From Phoronis australis (taxonomy: Eukaryota > Animalia > Phoronida), in assembly GCA_002633005.1 (NCBI GenBank), contig NMRA01000179.1, positions 643,247-707,246 on the forward strand: 64,000 nucleotides of DNA, read 5' to 3'. Below the pieces are notes generated by a model. The model was given only the letters and a program-made list of their open reading frames with translations, was not told the origin of the DNA and made no database searches. Positions 13,568 to 27,200 of the stretch are shown one piece after another (within the stretch, counting starts at the first letter, position 1; the number at the start of each line of letters is the position of its first letter). The translations under genes were made by a program, and so were the position numbers.

Positions 13568-14608
13568 CCCCCCCCCCCCCCCTTGGCTGCCGTAAAAGAA
13601 GCAAAACGGCAAGAGCGCGAGGAAATACCGAGTCCACTAATTAATCTCGGTACTTAACATGAGGCTGGGGGGCTCGGACCTGATCGTATCAGGGGACCTG
13701 CGTAAATGTCTTCTCATTTATTGTTTTTTTTAGTCCACTGTTAGCTTTGTAGTACGAGGACCAGAAATTCGAGCAAGCCAATTTTTCGGGCTGGGTTCTC
13801 GCATTCAATCGTAAACCACACTTGCCCAAGACAAAATGTTGCCCCCCCCTTATGGTATCCTCGATCTGCCAATGTAATTTAGGGATGCAGCCAAGGAATC
13901 ATTTCTACCCCATGCACTAGGTCCAGAGCTCTATAATTGCAAACCCATGCAGTCCCAGGGCCTAGAAATTGAACATCACACTGTCAGGCAGGAAACTTAT
14001 TTTTCGTAAGCAACTGATATCGTGCACCTCCGAGTTGTACATAATCTCCCAGAAGAGGAAACGTTTACAACCAAGCTCGACGAAGTCATGAATCACTAAG
14101 ACTCGATTGCAGGTTTAAAATTGAACACAACTCACGAGGCTGTAGCCTGTATATTAGGTAATACAGACAAGTACACGGATTCGTCGACTTCGAATGACTC
14201 GGGATTGCGACAGAAATAGTTGAGAGAACCGAGTTTCAGAACAAATTAATCTTGTTGTTTACGAGTAAGAATCAAGCTGTGATTTCCAAATGTTTGTACA
14301 TTCTGATTTCTTGTTTAGCTGGCAAGAAGTCCCAAAACACAACTCACCTCGAGCGATTGTGCTTGACATGTTTCTCTTCCGTCAGCTGATTCGTGTGCAT
14401 TATGTGTAATCTCTCCACTGGCAACCCCGCATAAATAATGAGGTTTGGCTGAAGGTCCGCCCACTTTTTATAAATTTTAAGAAATTGTAAAATAACGAGA
14501 GTATGTACATGGCTGTAATTTACGAAAAGAGTTAATTTTAGTGATATCTTTCGATCGGCAAAGCTCAATTTGTGATCTAAGCAGGCAAAAGTAAAGGAAA
14601 TAGTGCCT

Positions 14609-14659
14609 TTAAGTAACTGATGGTCGTGTTCTCTACTTCTTGAGTCTCTCCACAGTCAA
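14609..14659 (-). pseudogene. 5' part of the split CCP/sushi exon
   Basis: Acceptor TTATTTACAG then (V)DCGETQEVENTTISYL, ending in the TTAA target site. Continues in frame at 6250. Confidence 0.85.
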
Positions 14660-14730
14660 CTGTAAATAATAATTGCATATATTGGGAACCAAACAGCTAT
14701 TGCATGTATGAGACACATTACAAAATTCAC

Positions 14731-14804
14731 CTGTAATAACCTGTCCATCATAGTAAACTGCTAGTCTCGCTTCACCGTACCAGCGAGGGCATTTCCATAT
14801 TCAA
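14731..14804 (-). pseudogene. Decayed SRCR-like N-terminal exon
   Basis: GEARLAVYYDGQ resembles SRCR EGRlEVyyNGqW. AG/GT bounded but 74 nt long, so frameshifted. Confidence 0.35.
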
Positions 14805-17055
14805 CTGTTGATTAGTACATTTGCCTGACTACTCAGGCTTGTCAATAAAGTGGTATGTGTAGATTGTCCCCATGTTGCAAATTTCTTTAAATTATGCAAG
14901 AGATACGCATATAATTCTGACACTGTATCGCCTCTTTTTATTAAGCACTCGATGTGATATAAAGACATCAATGCTACTGTAAACCCAATCGAGACTTTTT
15001 TCCGTACACCTGGCGATAAAATACTGCAAGTCATGATGTCATGAGATGGTTTGTCCGGCTAGTTTGCAGCAAATTTCCCCTATTACTACCGTATTGCCGC
15101 AACATTTGGACCATGGGCTTAAGTGCGAAACGGTGCTTATAAGCGCATGCGCCAACATGCGAACAAAGGCCGCGAAAAACGCATTATTTCGGACATAGGT
15201 CAATTAGCCCAAAGGCGTAACGATACGTCAACACAAAACTATTTACCAAATTTCTTGAAAATACACCAAAAACCAATGACGCAGAGGAAATGTAAAAATG
15301 CCATTAGGATCGAGGCACAGCGGTAGTCCAAACCGGTGCGTCTGTAAGCGAATGAATACATGGGCCTATGCAGGGGACATTACATGGGTTATTTGCGAAA
15401 ACGAAGAACGTGCGCCAATATGCTAACCACGTGGGCAAAAAGTCCCCGAGAAAATACCTTATTTGGGATATTTTAGGAATTAAAACAGGCCCGCAGGAAG
15501 GCAAAAATTATTGGGGGGCACAAACCACTTCGCCGTGCCAAATATTCCCCCATCGCCACCACCTCCGCTACCACCCCCCCCCCTGTCGCCCCCGTCTTCC
15601 CGATGTCAACATATTAGTACCGAATCTCACACTTGGGGAGGCACAGTGGCGGATTTAGGGTGCCAAGAGGGTACGACCCCACTAAAATTAATGCCTGTGT
15701 AAAAATCTTGCACCCCCATTTTGGTTGATATGAAATCAGATGAGACTGATCATCGTTCTCATGTACCGGTCTGATCATCGTTTACAGCATTATTCTTAGG
15801 ATCTTTTTTGGTCAGTGACAAGAATTCGTATAAATTACTAGGGCTGATGAAAAAACTTAGATCTTATGTTACACGATTGGTTAATATTAATTATTATCAA
15901 CATCTTATAAAACGTCATACCATTCTTAGAAATAGACGAAAAATAATCTTTTTTAAAGAATCACTTGTAATAAATTTTGTCAACCATAATTGATTGAGTA
16001 CATATGTCGTGCACGCGCAGATTTAGTGCCTGTGTACACATTTTCACCATGCGCAGATATACATGCAGATAGAGGGACAAAGGGTTATTCGCCCCGTACT
16101 GCTCCACCGAGAAAGGGCACCGTTTGAAATGGGAAACCTTAAGATGAAAGGCTAAACATCATTAAGCTTGGAAAAAAAACTACCATCTTGTGGTCCCAAA
16201 ACGAGGCAGGGAGCGACCTCCTTCAACATGAAAGCACGATTTCACAAAAAACATGAAAATAGAGGTAATCGATTCCAACATTGGGCCCTCTCTCCGTGAG
16301 CGGCCCCGTAAGAATTTGTCAAAAAAACACGAAAAGTGGCTATTTGAATGTCACCAATGGCCTCCTTCAAGGGTGGGGCTCCTAAATATGAAAAAAACAT
16401 TTATTTTCAAATATCAGGAAATGCGCAGCAATTGATGTTATCTGTCAGGTCATCATTTTTTCTCAAGTGATATACAGTTTCGAGAAAAAATAAAGCAAAA
16501 GTTGTCTCCGTTATCCCTTGCGAGAGAGGGCCTCTGAAAAAAATAGAGTTTTGCATTCGCAAATTGACTTATTGAATTTAAACATCCAGTAAATTACTAA
16601 GCTCCAAAAAAGCTTCGCTTTACAAATTTGCTCGATTTTTCGGAATATATGTGTGCGTTTAGACGACCTGTGCTGCAAAAGCAAAGACACTAACGACAGT
16701 GTCCTGGCCAGGATCCTCAAAAGGTAAACCATGCACGTAATGAAGCAGATTTCTTAAAAGTCCTTTTGAATTTTCTCTTTTATGCCTTTTTCGCAGTATT
16801 TCTTAACTCGACTGTCCCCGCCACCATGCCTATGTCGGTTGCCACGGTTTAACCCAGATGCCTGAAAAATTTTGGGGGGCCCGTGCCCCCCTGGCCCCCC
16901 GCTTCGTACGGCCCCGTAAAGTCACGGCACTACTCCCATGCACGTAACCACTGTCTTTTTATAGATTTCATTAGGTACAGTAGTAGTTTGCCTCTTTTTT
17001 CTCTTTTGAATAGAGTTGTCTACCAATATTGAAGCGTTCCCGGCATGCAGCTTAC

Positions 17056-17232
17056 GTAGTGTGCACAAAGGAAGAGTCAACCATTTACCAGTGATTTCAC
17101 AAACTGCGTAGCTTAGTGCAACCATATCATAGCCACGGTCATGTTTAACTTCGCGGCAGTTGGACGTTAATGTTGTGTTCGTGTTACCTGTTCGCAACTG
17201 AAGGGGACGTGCAAGTCGGAGTGGCCTCATCA
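17056..17232 (-). pseudogene. Frameshifted CCP/sushi exon
   Basis: PTCTSPSVAN, then a frameshift, then GNTNTTLTS...DRGYDMVALSYAVCEITGKWLTLPLC with a phase-1 GTAAGC donor. Resembles the 34015-34206 exon (CEITGNWSTLPTC). Confidence 0.65.
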
Positions 17233-17699
17233 CTTGCAACATACCGACAATCTAAACACTAGCCTGTAGACACAGGGTTGCGTTCCGTAGACGCAAGCTG
17301 CAGTAAGAAATATTCGGTTATGAAATGGGAATAGTGAAGTCTCCATTCGCCATTGCAGGTCCACCGACCTAGTTCTTACGTGACGCCTGCAAGAATAGGC
17401 GATTAAGCTACAAAGGTACGCGAGGAACACTAAATTTAATTCGCGAGAGTTACAAGGTGTTGCGCGACCAGGCTCTTCCTGCAAACGTAACTCGCTCTAC
17501 GAAACGCTCCCAAGGTCTCACTCAGTCGTCAGTTTTAATAGGCCCGGACCGCTGCCTCGTTTCAAAAGAAGAGCAACCCCGGGCGTTGAAATAAGCTCAC
17601 CACTGCGTCGCAAACGTATGCTTCTAGGAGTACTTCTTTGTATGATAAAATTGCCATCAGACGACGCAATGAACCCATCCAAGGATGGGAAGGCGTCTC

Positions 17700-20110
17700 T
17701 CAAATTATTTGCCAAATTGTATGCAAATCCGTCAACGTCCTAAGATACATTGGCAAACGCAAAAAAAACGGCCATAAGGAAGCACATCAGTAGTCGAATC
17801 CATCCATCTGCTGTTAAGTTAATGTAAGTACAACTGCAAAATTTCAAAAACATCTTGCAAAGGGTTTAGCCGCAGTCACTAGGGGGCACCACATTAGCTG
17901 GACCTGTTTCAAAATCCACGTCAATGATGGGCTTGTCAGTAGGAACACATCTGCCAATTTTTTATAATGATCCTCTGTGCAGTTTGGCAAACGGCAAAAA
18001 CCAGACAGACTAAAATAATTAAAATGGACACTAGTTTGTGCAGAATACGTGGAATCCATAACACAAAGGAAATTTGCTGTCGTCTTAGTAATAGGAATTT
18101 GGTTGCACAATTTCATGTAAAACCATTAAGGAAATCTGAATTTACAGACTGGGCAAACGTAAAAAAATAAAATTGTCACTCGGGAGCAGAGCTGTAGTTG
18201 GATTGGTCTGAAACTGGCATTCATCTGTTGCCATCCCCATAGAAACAAATCTGCTAAATTTCAGAAAAATGTTGCAACATGCAGGCAAAGGACATATAGT
18301 CGTGGACGTAAAAAATAAAATTCCCAATAGAAAGTTGAACCTGTCCCAACACCAACGTCACTCTTAGGAAGACTGCTACACATTTTAATAATGATCCTTC
18401 AAGCGCTTTGGTGGATGAAGAGGGTGATGTCAAAAAAGTACATAAAAAATAAAATGGCCACCGGTTGATGTAGAATATGTCAAATCGACCCCCTTAAAGT
18501 GTAGACAACAGGACTCTAGTACCTCAAAATAAATTTTATTATTATATCTTAGTTGATTTCAGTGCCTTTAGTGCACAGCTCATAAAGAAACACGCAAAAA
18601 TTGAAAAAATAATAATTATGTACAACGTCATGGGTTGAACCCAAGTCGTTCGCCATACTGTTCGGATCAGAGACAAAGTGTATAGAGTGAAGTGAAAGCA
18701 AAGTACATTTAGCGTCGAGAAGGTTCGTAGAGGGATCAAAAGATGTGTTGCCGGAGGCTGCAGCAACAGCAGCCAGGCGGAGAACGTCTCAGTGTTCCGA
18801 AGGACACCAAAATTGCGCAGAAGTGGCATCGCTTCGTGCGCCGAACGAGAGTGTGGGACCTCATCGTGGACCAAGCGATTCGGTCCGGGGCCACTCTGTG
18901 TTTTGCCCACTTTGAGGACTCGTGTTTCGACTCCAGTCAATAAAGGACACTATTTATCTTTCAGAAACATCGGCTCTTAATTCAGGATCGTCTGTTGGAT
19001 GAGTGGGTTGACTCGCCGAGCCCGGGAGGATCCAGTTCGTAAGGCTCAAAGTAGAAAAGTACGCAGCCGGAAGCATATCAAACTTGTTCTCGCTTTCGTG
19101 CAACCCCATTTCCTCATCCTGGCCACCATTCCCGTACATGTACATTTCTTCATAGTATTCATTCAATTCTTGCTCATAATCGTCGTCGCTTTCAAATTCA
19201 CTGCACTCCGCCATTGTTCAATGCTAGTCACTGATCTCTTGTGTTCAACCCATGACGTCACATGGCGGGAAATGTGAAAATTGGCATAATTGAAAGAAGA
19301 ATCAAAATTTCGAGCTAATTACACAAAATAAACATGGGTTTAGCTAAATTTTACGTCGTACATTTAGTCTGTGGCCACCGGTAATTCAAAATGTGCAAAA
19401 AGCCATGGTGTGTACTGTTTAATAGAAACCTGCAGTGTATATGAAAAAAATCATGATAATAAAAAGGCCGACAGCACGAACCTGGCGATTCTTAAATAGA
19501 AAAATATTGATTAGATTTCATAAAAATGTGCCAAGGAGTTTTAGAGACTGGATACTGAGGACAACGAACAAATGCCACTAGGGGGGCACACCGGGAGTAA
19601 GATCCGTCTAAATGCCGTCGTTGTCCGTTTTCAACTTCATGTAAATACACCTGCCAAATTTAATAAAAAGCGGGTAGGGAGATACAGCCGTAGATGCAAA
19701 AAACCTGCCACAAGGAGGTGCCACAGTTGTCCGAGTAAACTGAAAATGACCATCATTCGTCCTCGTCATAGTAGAAGCATGAACGTCAATTATCTTTAGA
19801 GTAATTTGGTTGATACAGGAGAGGACGCCAACAACAGAATAGAAAATAGTCAAAATAGTAATTAGATGGCGCAAAATAAGACGAATACATCCGAAAACAG
19901 AACATGCCATCGATTGTATAATAGAAGGCTTTTTTACCAAAATGCATAGAAATCCATCAAGGAACTTCAGAGAAACACAGGAAAACGGAAACAAAATGAA
20001 ATTGCCCCTAGGTGGCACAGCGCTCGTTGGATCCGCCCAAAAGTCGTCGTCGTCCTTTTTCAACTTCATATAAATGCACTTGATAACGCTAGCTTCGGTA
20101 CCTAAAATAA
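17700..20110. repeat. Degenerate copies of the HINE core repeat (same family as 28323-30032), interrupted by the 18498-19418 element
   Basis: Shared blocks such as AAATTGCC(A/C)CTAGG(T/G)GGC, AAAGTCGTCGTC and GGACGCCAACAA. Boundaries approximate. Confidence 0.6.
18498..19418. mobile_element. Old internally deleted Kolobok-like element
   Basis: TTAA on both sides (18494-97, 19419-22) with degenerate terminal inverted match. Internal inverted repeat ACGTCATGGGTTGAAC(C/A)CAAG at 18625-45 and 19238-58. Frameshifted THAP finger on + (KRCVAGGCSN..PKD...KW..FVRRTR..LCFAHFEDSCF). Convergent acidic ORF start on - (MAECSEFESDDD...). Confidence 0.6.
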
Positions 20111-20927
20111 AAAGCAGCGATCTGTCAGTGTTAGAATAAAAAAGGTAATTGCTTGATAATACCACAAAATAGACATGGATTGCGTTACACGGCTCCATAA
20201 CGTTGCTCTGAACGTAACGACTGACCCTTAGTGGTCATTTAAGGGGCCACAGTCATCGATGTGAGGACTAAATGAGATTTCACACGAAGCACTGCATTGT
20301 GATCATGCAAAAATTGCAAAAGTCGACGACAGGGTGACCGAAAAAAATATCATGACTCGAGAAATAAACGTTGTTGGCTTTAAACTTTGAAAAACCAGGT
20401 AGAAAACAAATCCCTGAGCCGAGTCATCCAAGCAGAGGTTACGAAGAAGAACACATCGCTTTTTAAAATCATTTTGGCAACTTGTTAGCAAACGGCACTA
20501 AAAGTATTTACCGATGAAGCGGCACTAAAAAAACGAAGACTAAATGCATTTGAAGACACAAAGTAGAAAATAAATCTGAAACTAAATAAGGCGATCCGGA
20601 TCCTCCCAAGGATACTATTGTTTCACGAAATGTAGAATATAAATAGGTAAATAAAACAAAAAGAATGGATCAACTGGAATTTTCGGATATAATAATATCC
20701 TTCGTCAACAGAAACAGAAATAAAATAAAATCAAACACTATATGACAAGATGTGGCGTAATGAATATGATACGTTTTTTGCGGAAAAAATCAATGATATA
20801 ATTTAAGAAGTTTTTTATTTATTCCATGAGGTTCTAGTGTATTAAGTTTGTCTATCCAATATTGTTCTTTTTTGAGTCCGTGAGGGCTACTTGGGTGTTG
20901 AATTTTTTTCTGTTATTGGTACAGAAA

Positions 20928-21490
20928 GATCCTGGACGCACAATTATAGCCAGCAACAACTGCCCTACAGAAAAAAAATCTCAGTTTGCCGACTACCATC
21001 TTCAGCAATTTCTCCCCACCCTTCCTTCATATGTTAAAGGTACAAATCATTTTCTTAATATAATCAGTGATTTAACTAAAAATGCCCTTCTCGTAACTCT
21101 TGATGTTAAAAGCTTATACACTAATATTCCTCAACATGAACTCATGGAAGCCTGTACCAAGTTCCTTACTCAACGTAACAATCCTGATGTGCCTACATCT
21201 TATATTTGCGCTCTTCTTGAACATGTACTTACCATGAATCATTTTACGTTTAGTAACAATCACTTCTTCCAAATATTAGGCACAGCTATGGGCACTAGGG
21301 TTGCTTCCACTTTTGCCGACCTTCTTATGGGAAATCTTGAAAACAGCTTCATCAAATCCTGCTCTGATAAACCTCCTCTGGCTAAGGTACAATTATGACA
21401 TTTTTATGATCTGGACCCATGGCCCACAAAAAAATAGATGTATTTCTAGGAAATATTAACAAATTTCACCCTACTATAAAGTTCACTCAG
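20928..21490 (+). mobile_element. Penelope-like retroelement reverse transcriptase fragment
   Basis: PGRTIIAS..CPTE, LPSYVK.T.HFL, LLVTLDVKSLYTNIP, N.FTF...F.Q..GTAMGT, then frameshifted DIFMIWTHG and NKFHPTIKFT. Truncated at both ends. Confidence 0.85.
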
Positions 21491-21622
21491 ACACGTCTTC
21501 AGAAAACATCTTTCCACGCTGCATATGGTAGGGTAATGTACACTGTCACATTTTGCATCTTTTACAAAGTGATTATTTTTGATTAAGAATTGACGTCAAC
21601 AATAATGGTTCAGGACACTTAC

Positions 21623-21770
21623 TGCACATTGGAATGTCGAACCAATAGACTTGAGAAACGGTGTACATGATTATTTCCGAACCAATCATGCACTCGACTT
21701 CGATACTCCGTCCGTGCAACAGAGGCTCTGTAGAGTTCACCACTGGGACTACCCATGTCTTTTGTAGTTT
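21623..21770 (-). pseudogene. Divergent two-cysteine CCP-like exon
   Basis: KTWVVPVVNSTEPLLHGRSIEVECMIGSEIIMYTVSQVYWFDIPMC with a phase-1 GTAAGT donor. No clear acceptor. Confidence 0.45.
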
Positions 21771-22893
21771 CATATAGAAACAATGAGAACAAAGGTTTAA
21801 TATGATCAATGGATAATACGGGGCAAAGTACAGTACATATGTAGTACGTATTAGTAACCTAAGCATAATCTATAATTTCAAGTTAAGCAACTTTCAAAGT
21901 CACGCTGTCTTAACTAAGCTGAAATATGCACCGTTAACAAACTGTTCACGCATTTCACCAGACATCAACAGTCCCATCACTAGAGAACCTGAACTGACGT
22001 TTTGTTGAAAATTCAGGATGTTTAAAGGCTAGATTGTGAACCGCTAACATTGCCATGATCACTAGTGTTTGGTAGTCATATCTGGCGCAAGCAACCATGC
22101 TTAAGGCAGTCCAGTTAAATGTAGGCCTACCATTCCTTGTAACGCACATATAACTGTGGGAGTTGCCGAGATTAAATGGTAGATTGATAACTGTAAACAT
22201 GTAGTAAGCTGCACAAACCTAGTGCCAATGGAATCGTGCAGAACTTAAACCACATGTAGAAATCAGTGTTTTCTTTATCAAAAATATATCACAGCCAATA
22301 GAACTATTATGGAAATCTAAAACTGATTTTCTCAGCAACTCGTGCACAAAATGTGGAATTAGCCTTTTGAACAAAATAAAACATGCGTGTAATTTATAAA
22401 CGAACGGGAAAGTTTGTAGTTGGTTAGCTGAAGCACGTACCACAAATTTGTAAATCCAAAGATTCCAAAAATAGACACATCTATCTTAGTTAATGTTCTA
22501 AAAAGTACGTCATTTATTTATATTTATTAAGTTAGAAATGACATCTACTGCAAGCGTGTTCCTGGAGTAGTCATGCATCTTCCGACGTAAGCACTTTGGA
22601 TACTAGCGATATAAGTCATTTTAGTTACCAGCGATATCAATCAATTTATTTACTAGATATATCAGTCAATTAAGTGGCGAAAATTTGGGAATCAAATACA
22701 TGACTGCACTTTCTATTGAAATTGAAAAGACTTTTCCTACCTTCACAAAACATATATTTACCAATTTACCACTGCTCTTTTTCAAGATCGACATTTATTG
22801 TTCAAAACAGTTGGCTACTTAATTTGCATTTTACTTACAAATATATTAATCATAAATTAGTTATAACATCGTGGTATTTATTAATTTAGTACC

Positions 22894-23148
22894 TCATTTT
22901 ACAGGATTTTCCATAGTGTCATGCTCTTGACTACACGATCTTGAGCTATTACATACCAACCTCCCGATCATAACACTGGAAAGACGTTTCTGGCGATCAT
23001 TATTCGGTACATCTTCAGGCAGTTCCCCGTTCGGCGCGAATGCGATCTCAGACTTTATTTGGCATCCAGGTACAAAACCAAGGTCGCAACAAAGTCGCCA
23101 AGCCCGCAACCCATCATGCACTTGATTTACTGATGCATACATAGATAC
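22894..23148 (-). pseudogene. Possible decayed SRCR-like exon
   Basis: AWRLCCDLGF...AF...VMIGRLVC loosely resembles the SRCR core. Splice boundaries uncertain. Confidence 0.25.
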
Positions 23149-23149
23149 C

Positions 23150-23320
23150 TGACATACACACCTACATATACACATACATGTACATACCTACATACATACA
23201 CACTTACATATCTACATAAATACATGTATATAGACGTTTGCATATACATACATCTATCCACATATATATATATATATATATATAAGTGTATATACATAGA
23301 TATATTTATTCATTTATTTA
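23150..23320. repeat. (TACA)n/(TA)n microsatellite
   Basis: Directly visible simple repeat. Confidence 0.9.
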
Positions 23321-24026
23321 TACAAAAGCTGTGTAAGTGGAAAGCCATGTTTAAAGCAAACGACACAATCATAAGAACCCAAACAGTCAGTGGCAAGGTT
23401 TTGAGTCTGTCAAAAGTGCAAACCAACAAAGTTTAACTTTAAGTTGCGATTATCCTCTTTCAACTTGTCTTGTAAGAATGGCGTACCCAAATAAGTCATT
23501 TAAGTTGATTAAGTAAACACCATTTTCATAGCAAGATCGTCTACAGGCGGCGCCCGCTCCTATAAGTCTGGTTAGTGGGAAGTGTCTTGTGATAGATTTG
23601 GATATTTGCTTAAATTAATAATTACTTAAAAACGTTGAAGTGCTCTGTTTTCATTCAAAATTAACGAACGTGACGAGGTCAGTGAAAGTCTCTAAAGCAG
23701 TCACCAACATTCAATTCATACCTTTCAATATGCTTTTACTAGGAATTGTCAGTGAAGGTATGTTGTCTGATTTCACTGCGTTAACAATTGGCATTTTAGT
23801 ATCTTGTTGCTTAAGCACTTCAAATAACGAATTGTTATGCCACGCTAAGAAGAGTTCATCTACAAATCGTATATTATGTAGATGATTTAGATTGACACAA
23901 TTTCTTATGATGAGCACACAAATAAAAGGTCATAATCATTAACAATTCTTCCTTAACTGTTTGTAAATGTTGCAAAACAAAAAAGCACATGGCTTCGCAG
24001 TTTCTATGAAACAAAGTTGCATATAC

Positions 24027-24218
24027 CTCTGCACCGAGGAAGAGTGGAGACTTCGCCTGTTACCATGCAGTGTACCATTGAGGGACCATCTAATACGTAA
24101 CCAGTTCTGCACGTGATTAAACTCGACTCCCTATAGCCAAATGGCACTTCAGACGACGAGTTGCTATTTCGAATCACTGGCAAGGAACAATTGATTTTGG
24201 TGATGTCGACTGCATGCT
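24027..24218 (-). CDS. CCP/sushi exon
   Basis: INCSLPVIRNS...LITCRTGYVLDGPSMVHCMVTGEVSTLPRC. TTTATTTCAG acceptor, GTATAT donor, 192 nt. Confidence 0.85.
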
Positions 24219-27200
24219 CTGAAATAAAGCCAATGGACTGAACAAGTTGCACAAAACAACGCTCTCCAAGGAATGTATAGAAATAAATTTCAGGCACTCG
24301 AGTTTAAGCGACTGTTAATCAAAAATAACATATCTGCTTAGTTAAACAGTGAATATCAGTTGTTAAAACAAACATCAACATGTGACGCCATGTTCATGTG
24401 TACCATTATCGAGTTGTTTTAAGAAGCCTAAAAACTTTGCCCAAAAAGCATTCTATTTGAAGAAACAGGTCATCAAATTGCTGAACAAATACCTTGTTAA
24501 CTAACGGCATTAAGTGAAGGTTAACAATCGCCATGTTGGCGAGGATGGTGAAGAAGGAGGCGATTATGAATAAGGTGAAGATTTCGGTGATGGTGACATT
24601 GCAAATGATTAAACGATAACGAAGAAGATGATAATAGTGATGACCACGAAGGTGAATAAGTTGAAATTGACGATAAAATGATGACCCGAATGACGACTGT
24701 GATGAAAATGACACGATGGCGATGAAGATGATGACAGAGGTGGGCAATTCCATTTGTGACAGACGTATAATCAAAGAGCATTTTGACCAATTGTGAAACA
24801 AGTTTTCATCCTAGGAAAATAACCAATATATCAATTGCTTTCAATAAACTTTTCTCCTTTCTTTTTATCGGACTCGGGATATTGTCTTTAAATGGGTGTG
24901 ATGGACTTACACGGAGAATTTGATTTTTTTAGAAAAACATTCTAACGTTGATTTTCTGTGAGTTGCATAAACTTACAATTTTTAGTTTCTATAGGGATTT
25001 GGTGGAATGCTTTGTAGAGAAAAACACACTAACTTTTTGATGATATCACCCAAGAAATTTTTGTTGGAGATCTCTGTGTAAGGTGAGTTAGAGTGCCGGA
25101 CGTAGCTGACGGATGCACGCTCTGGGTGTTTGGTATTAAATTGTTTTTTCTGTGGCCAAGATATCAATTGAAAATAATTCAAAATTTGGTATTGAGGTTG
25201 TATTGGTATTTTCCTTCCGATTCAATATTTTTTTAATCAAAATATAACGACTGAACTTTTGCACGAAACCATCACCCCAGGTAAGCCAAAACTGTGAATG
25301 TACTCTAGGATTTTAACTATATAATACATTTATTTGGTTTATTACGATATAAAGCAACCTCTTAAGATCTCGTTGGAGATGGTACAGCTGTAAACAGTAC
25401 GGATGGGAAAGAGAGAGATAGTTATTTTGTATTCGACACCTGTTTGCAATCAGGGAAGCTGGTTTTTATGCGTTAAATAGTTATAAAATACAAATTTGAA
25501 ACTAATAAAGGAGTAAGTGAACGTGACTATCCTAAAAAAATGTGAAATGAAGTTTAAACTATTATTAATCATCATTGTAATGACTGTGCATTTTGATTAT
25601 TTATTTTTATAATAGGACTTGCCCTAAGCTTGTACACACTTGTCTGAGCCATGTCGCTGATAGCCTCGAAGCGTGTCTATGTTAGTAAAGGTGCTGTTAT
25701 AAAAGCATTAGTAACAAGACTTCAGTATCTTCTCATAACAAACTATGAAGCAAACAATTGGATCAGCATGGTTGAGTTGACAGCATTGTCTTGTGGAAGT
25801 CGAAATTTGATCGAAAACACTGGTGCTGTCTTGCAGCATTAATGCAAACATTATTACTTAAAAATTAGTATTATGATTTAGGAAATGTTTAGTTAAAAGA
25901 ATTGTCAACTGGTGGTCCTTAGTGATAAGCTTGGTTAGGTTTTCACTTAGCGTTTAAGTTCAATGTCTTCTTTTCCATTTTAGAGAGACATTAAATTAAG
26001 TTCGCATTACGGTTCACGCAAAAATAAATATGGGTTTTTTGATCCATGGTGGCATTTTTTCGAGTTTCAGAGAACTTTCTCGCAAATATTTGTTTATCTG
26101 CCAGTGCTTCTGGTCTCCAACAATTTCCTCTTTTATTTCTAAATGCTGGCTCAATAGAAAAAGACTTAATGTTTGAAAAAAAAGATTGCAAAATCAACGT
26201 TCTTGTTTTGCCAGAAATATGCAAAATCAGATGATGTAATCATTTGGTATTAAATTTTTTCATACAAGCCACCCAGACACTGATAAACACAAGAGTTACT
26301 CTATAACAATCACCGAAAGTGTGACAAAAGTGCTTAATGAAGTAGGTCACAGGTTGCTATCTCTTAAAATGAACAGCATCGTCCTTTTCAACAAAAAAAA
26401 ACACATCTAGTCTGAGCAAAACTAACATGATGATTCAAGCAAAACAGCACCTTGACATGAATTTGTTTAGGTCTCCTATTTTTTAAATTCAGAGCACTCA
26501 TTGAAATGTTCTACATGGATACTTTTTACTTTAGAAGGTTTCCCAATCCTAAGGATTTTTTTACAAACACGGGGCACTAACACATAAACAAAAATCATTA
26601 AATTAACAATTTATTTCATTTACTTTCTATGATGTGGGGCAACTGTCAATTTTAACATGTTGAATTCTCCTAGTAATAACTAGATAAAACCGTATAGTAT
26701 AGTTTCTCAGTGCAATGCTAGTAGTTTAAACCCGGAGCAACTTCTGTATTCGATTTTATGGCTGTAATATTTAATCGTTTTGGGTTCTTACATATAGATG
26801 TGATATAAAGTCCATATCCTGCAAGTTTGGAAATTAAAATATGATCTCAGCTTATTTTTTATTGGCTGAAACAAGTAATTTCATGAGCGTGTCGGACGTA
26901 TATCACAGACGTACAAATTTTCTATACGTCCGTCACGCGATTTCTGACTTAACGAATAATGCCTGGGATCTAAAATTTTGTTCAGTATTGAGAAACAGGT
27001 TAAAAATCTGAAATTATTTTATTTTTTTTTTTGAAAACTGTGGACGTGACGAAACTTCTTTTAGCAGTTTTTGTGACGGACGTACGGCACCATGACTATC
27101 CAGGAGTTGGCCTTTGACCCAGAGAGGTCGACGATGCGCAGCTGGTCCAATATTTTTATAAATTTTAGGCTTCATATGATTGCGCAAATTTGATAAGATA

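Larger units (their letters stand above)
6255..14608. mobile_element. Decayed Kolobok-type DNA transposon (~8.35 kb including an N gap) inserted in a host exon
   Basis: TTAA at 6251-54 and 14609-12. 13-bp TIR AG(T/G)CACTATTTCC ... GGAAATAGTGCCT. Removing it restores an open 174-nt exon. Kolobok-transposase-like remnants at 9506-10000. Confidence 0.8.

Noticed and set aside
12602-13657. Long ORFs of 300-351 aa (and those at 58473-59081)
   Set aside because: Artefacts of translating through N runs.
23711-23917. Second Penelope-like RT remnant (IRFVDELFLAW)
   Set aside because: A single motif resembling RFVDDIF..W, too degraded to support a call.
24406-24801. His/Ile/Ser-rich ORFs
   Set aside because: Translation of a degenerate GAT/CAT microsatellite.
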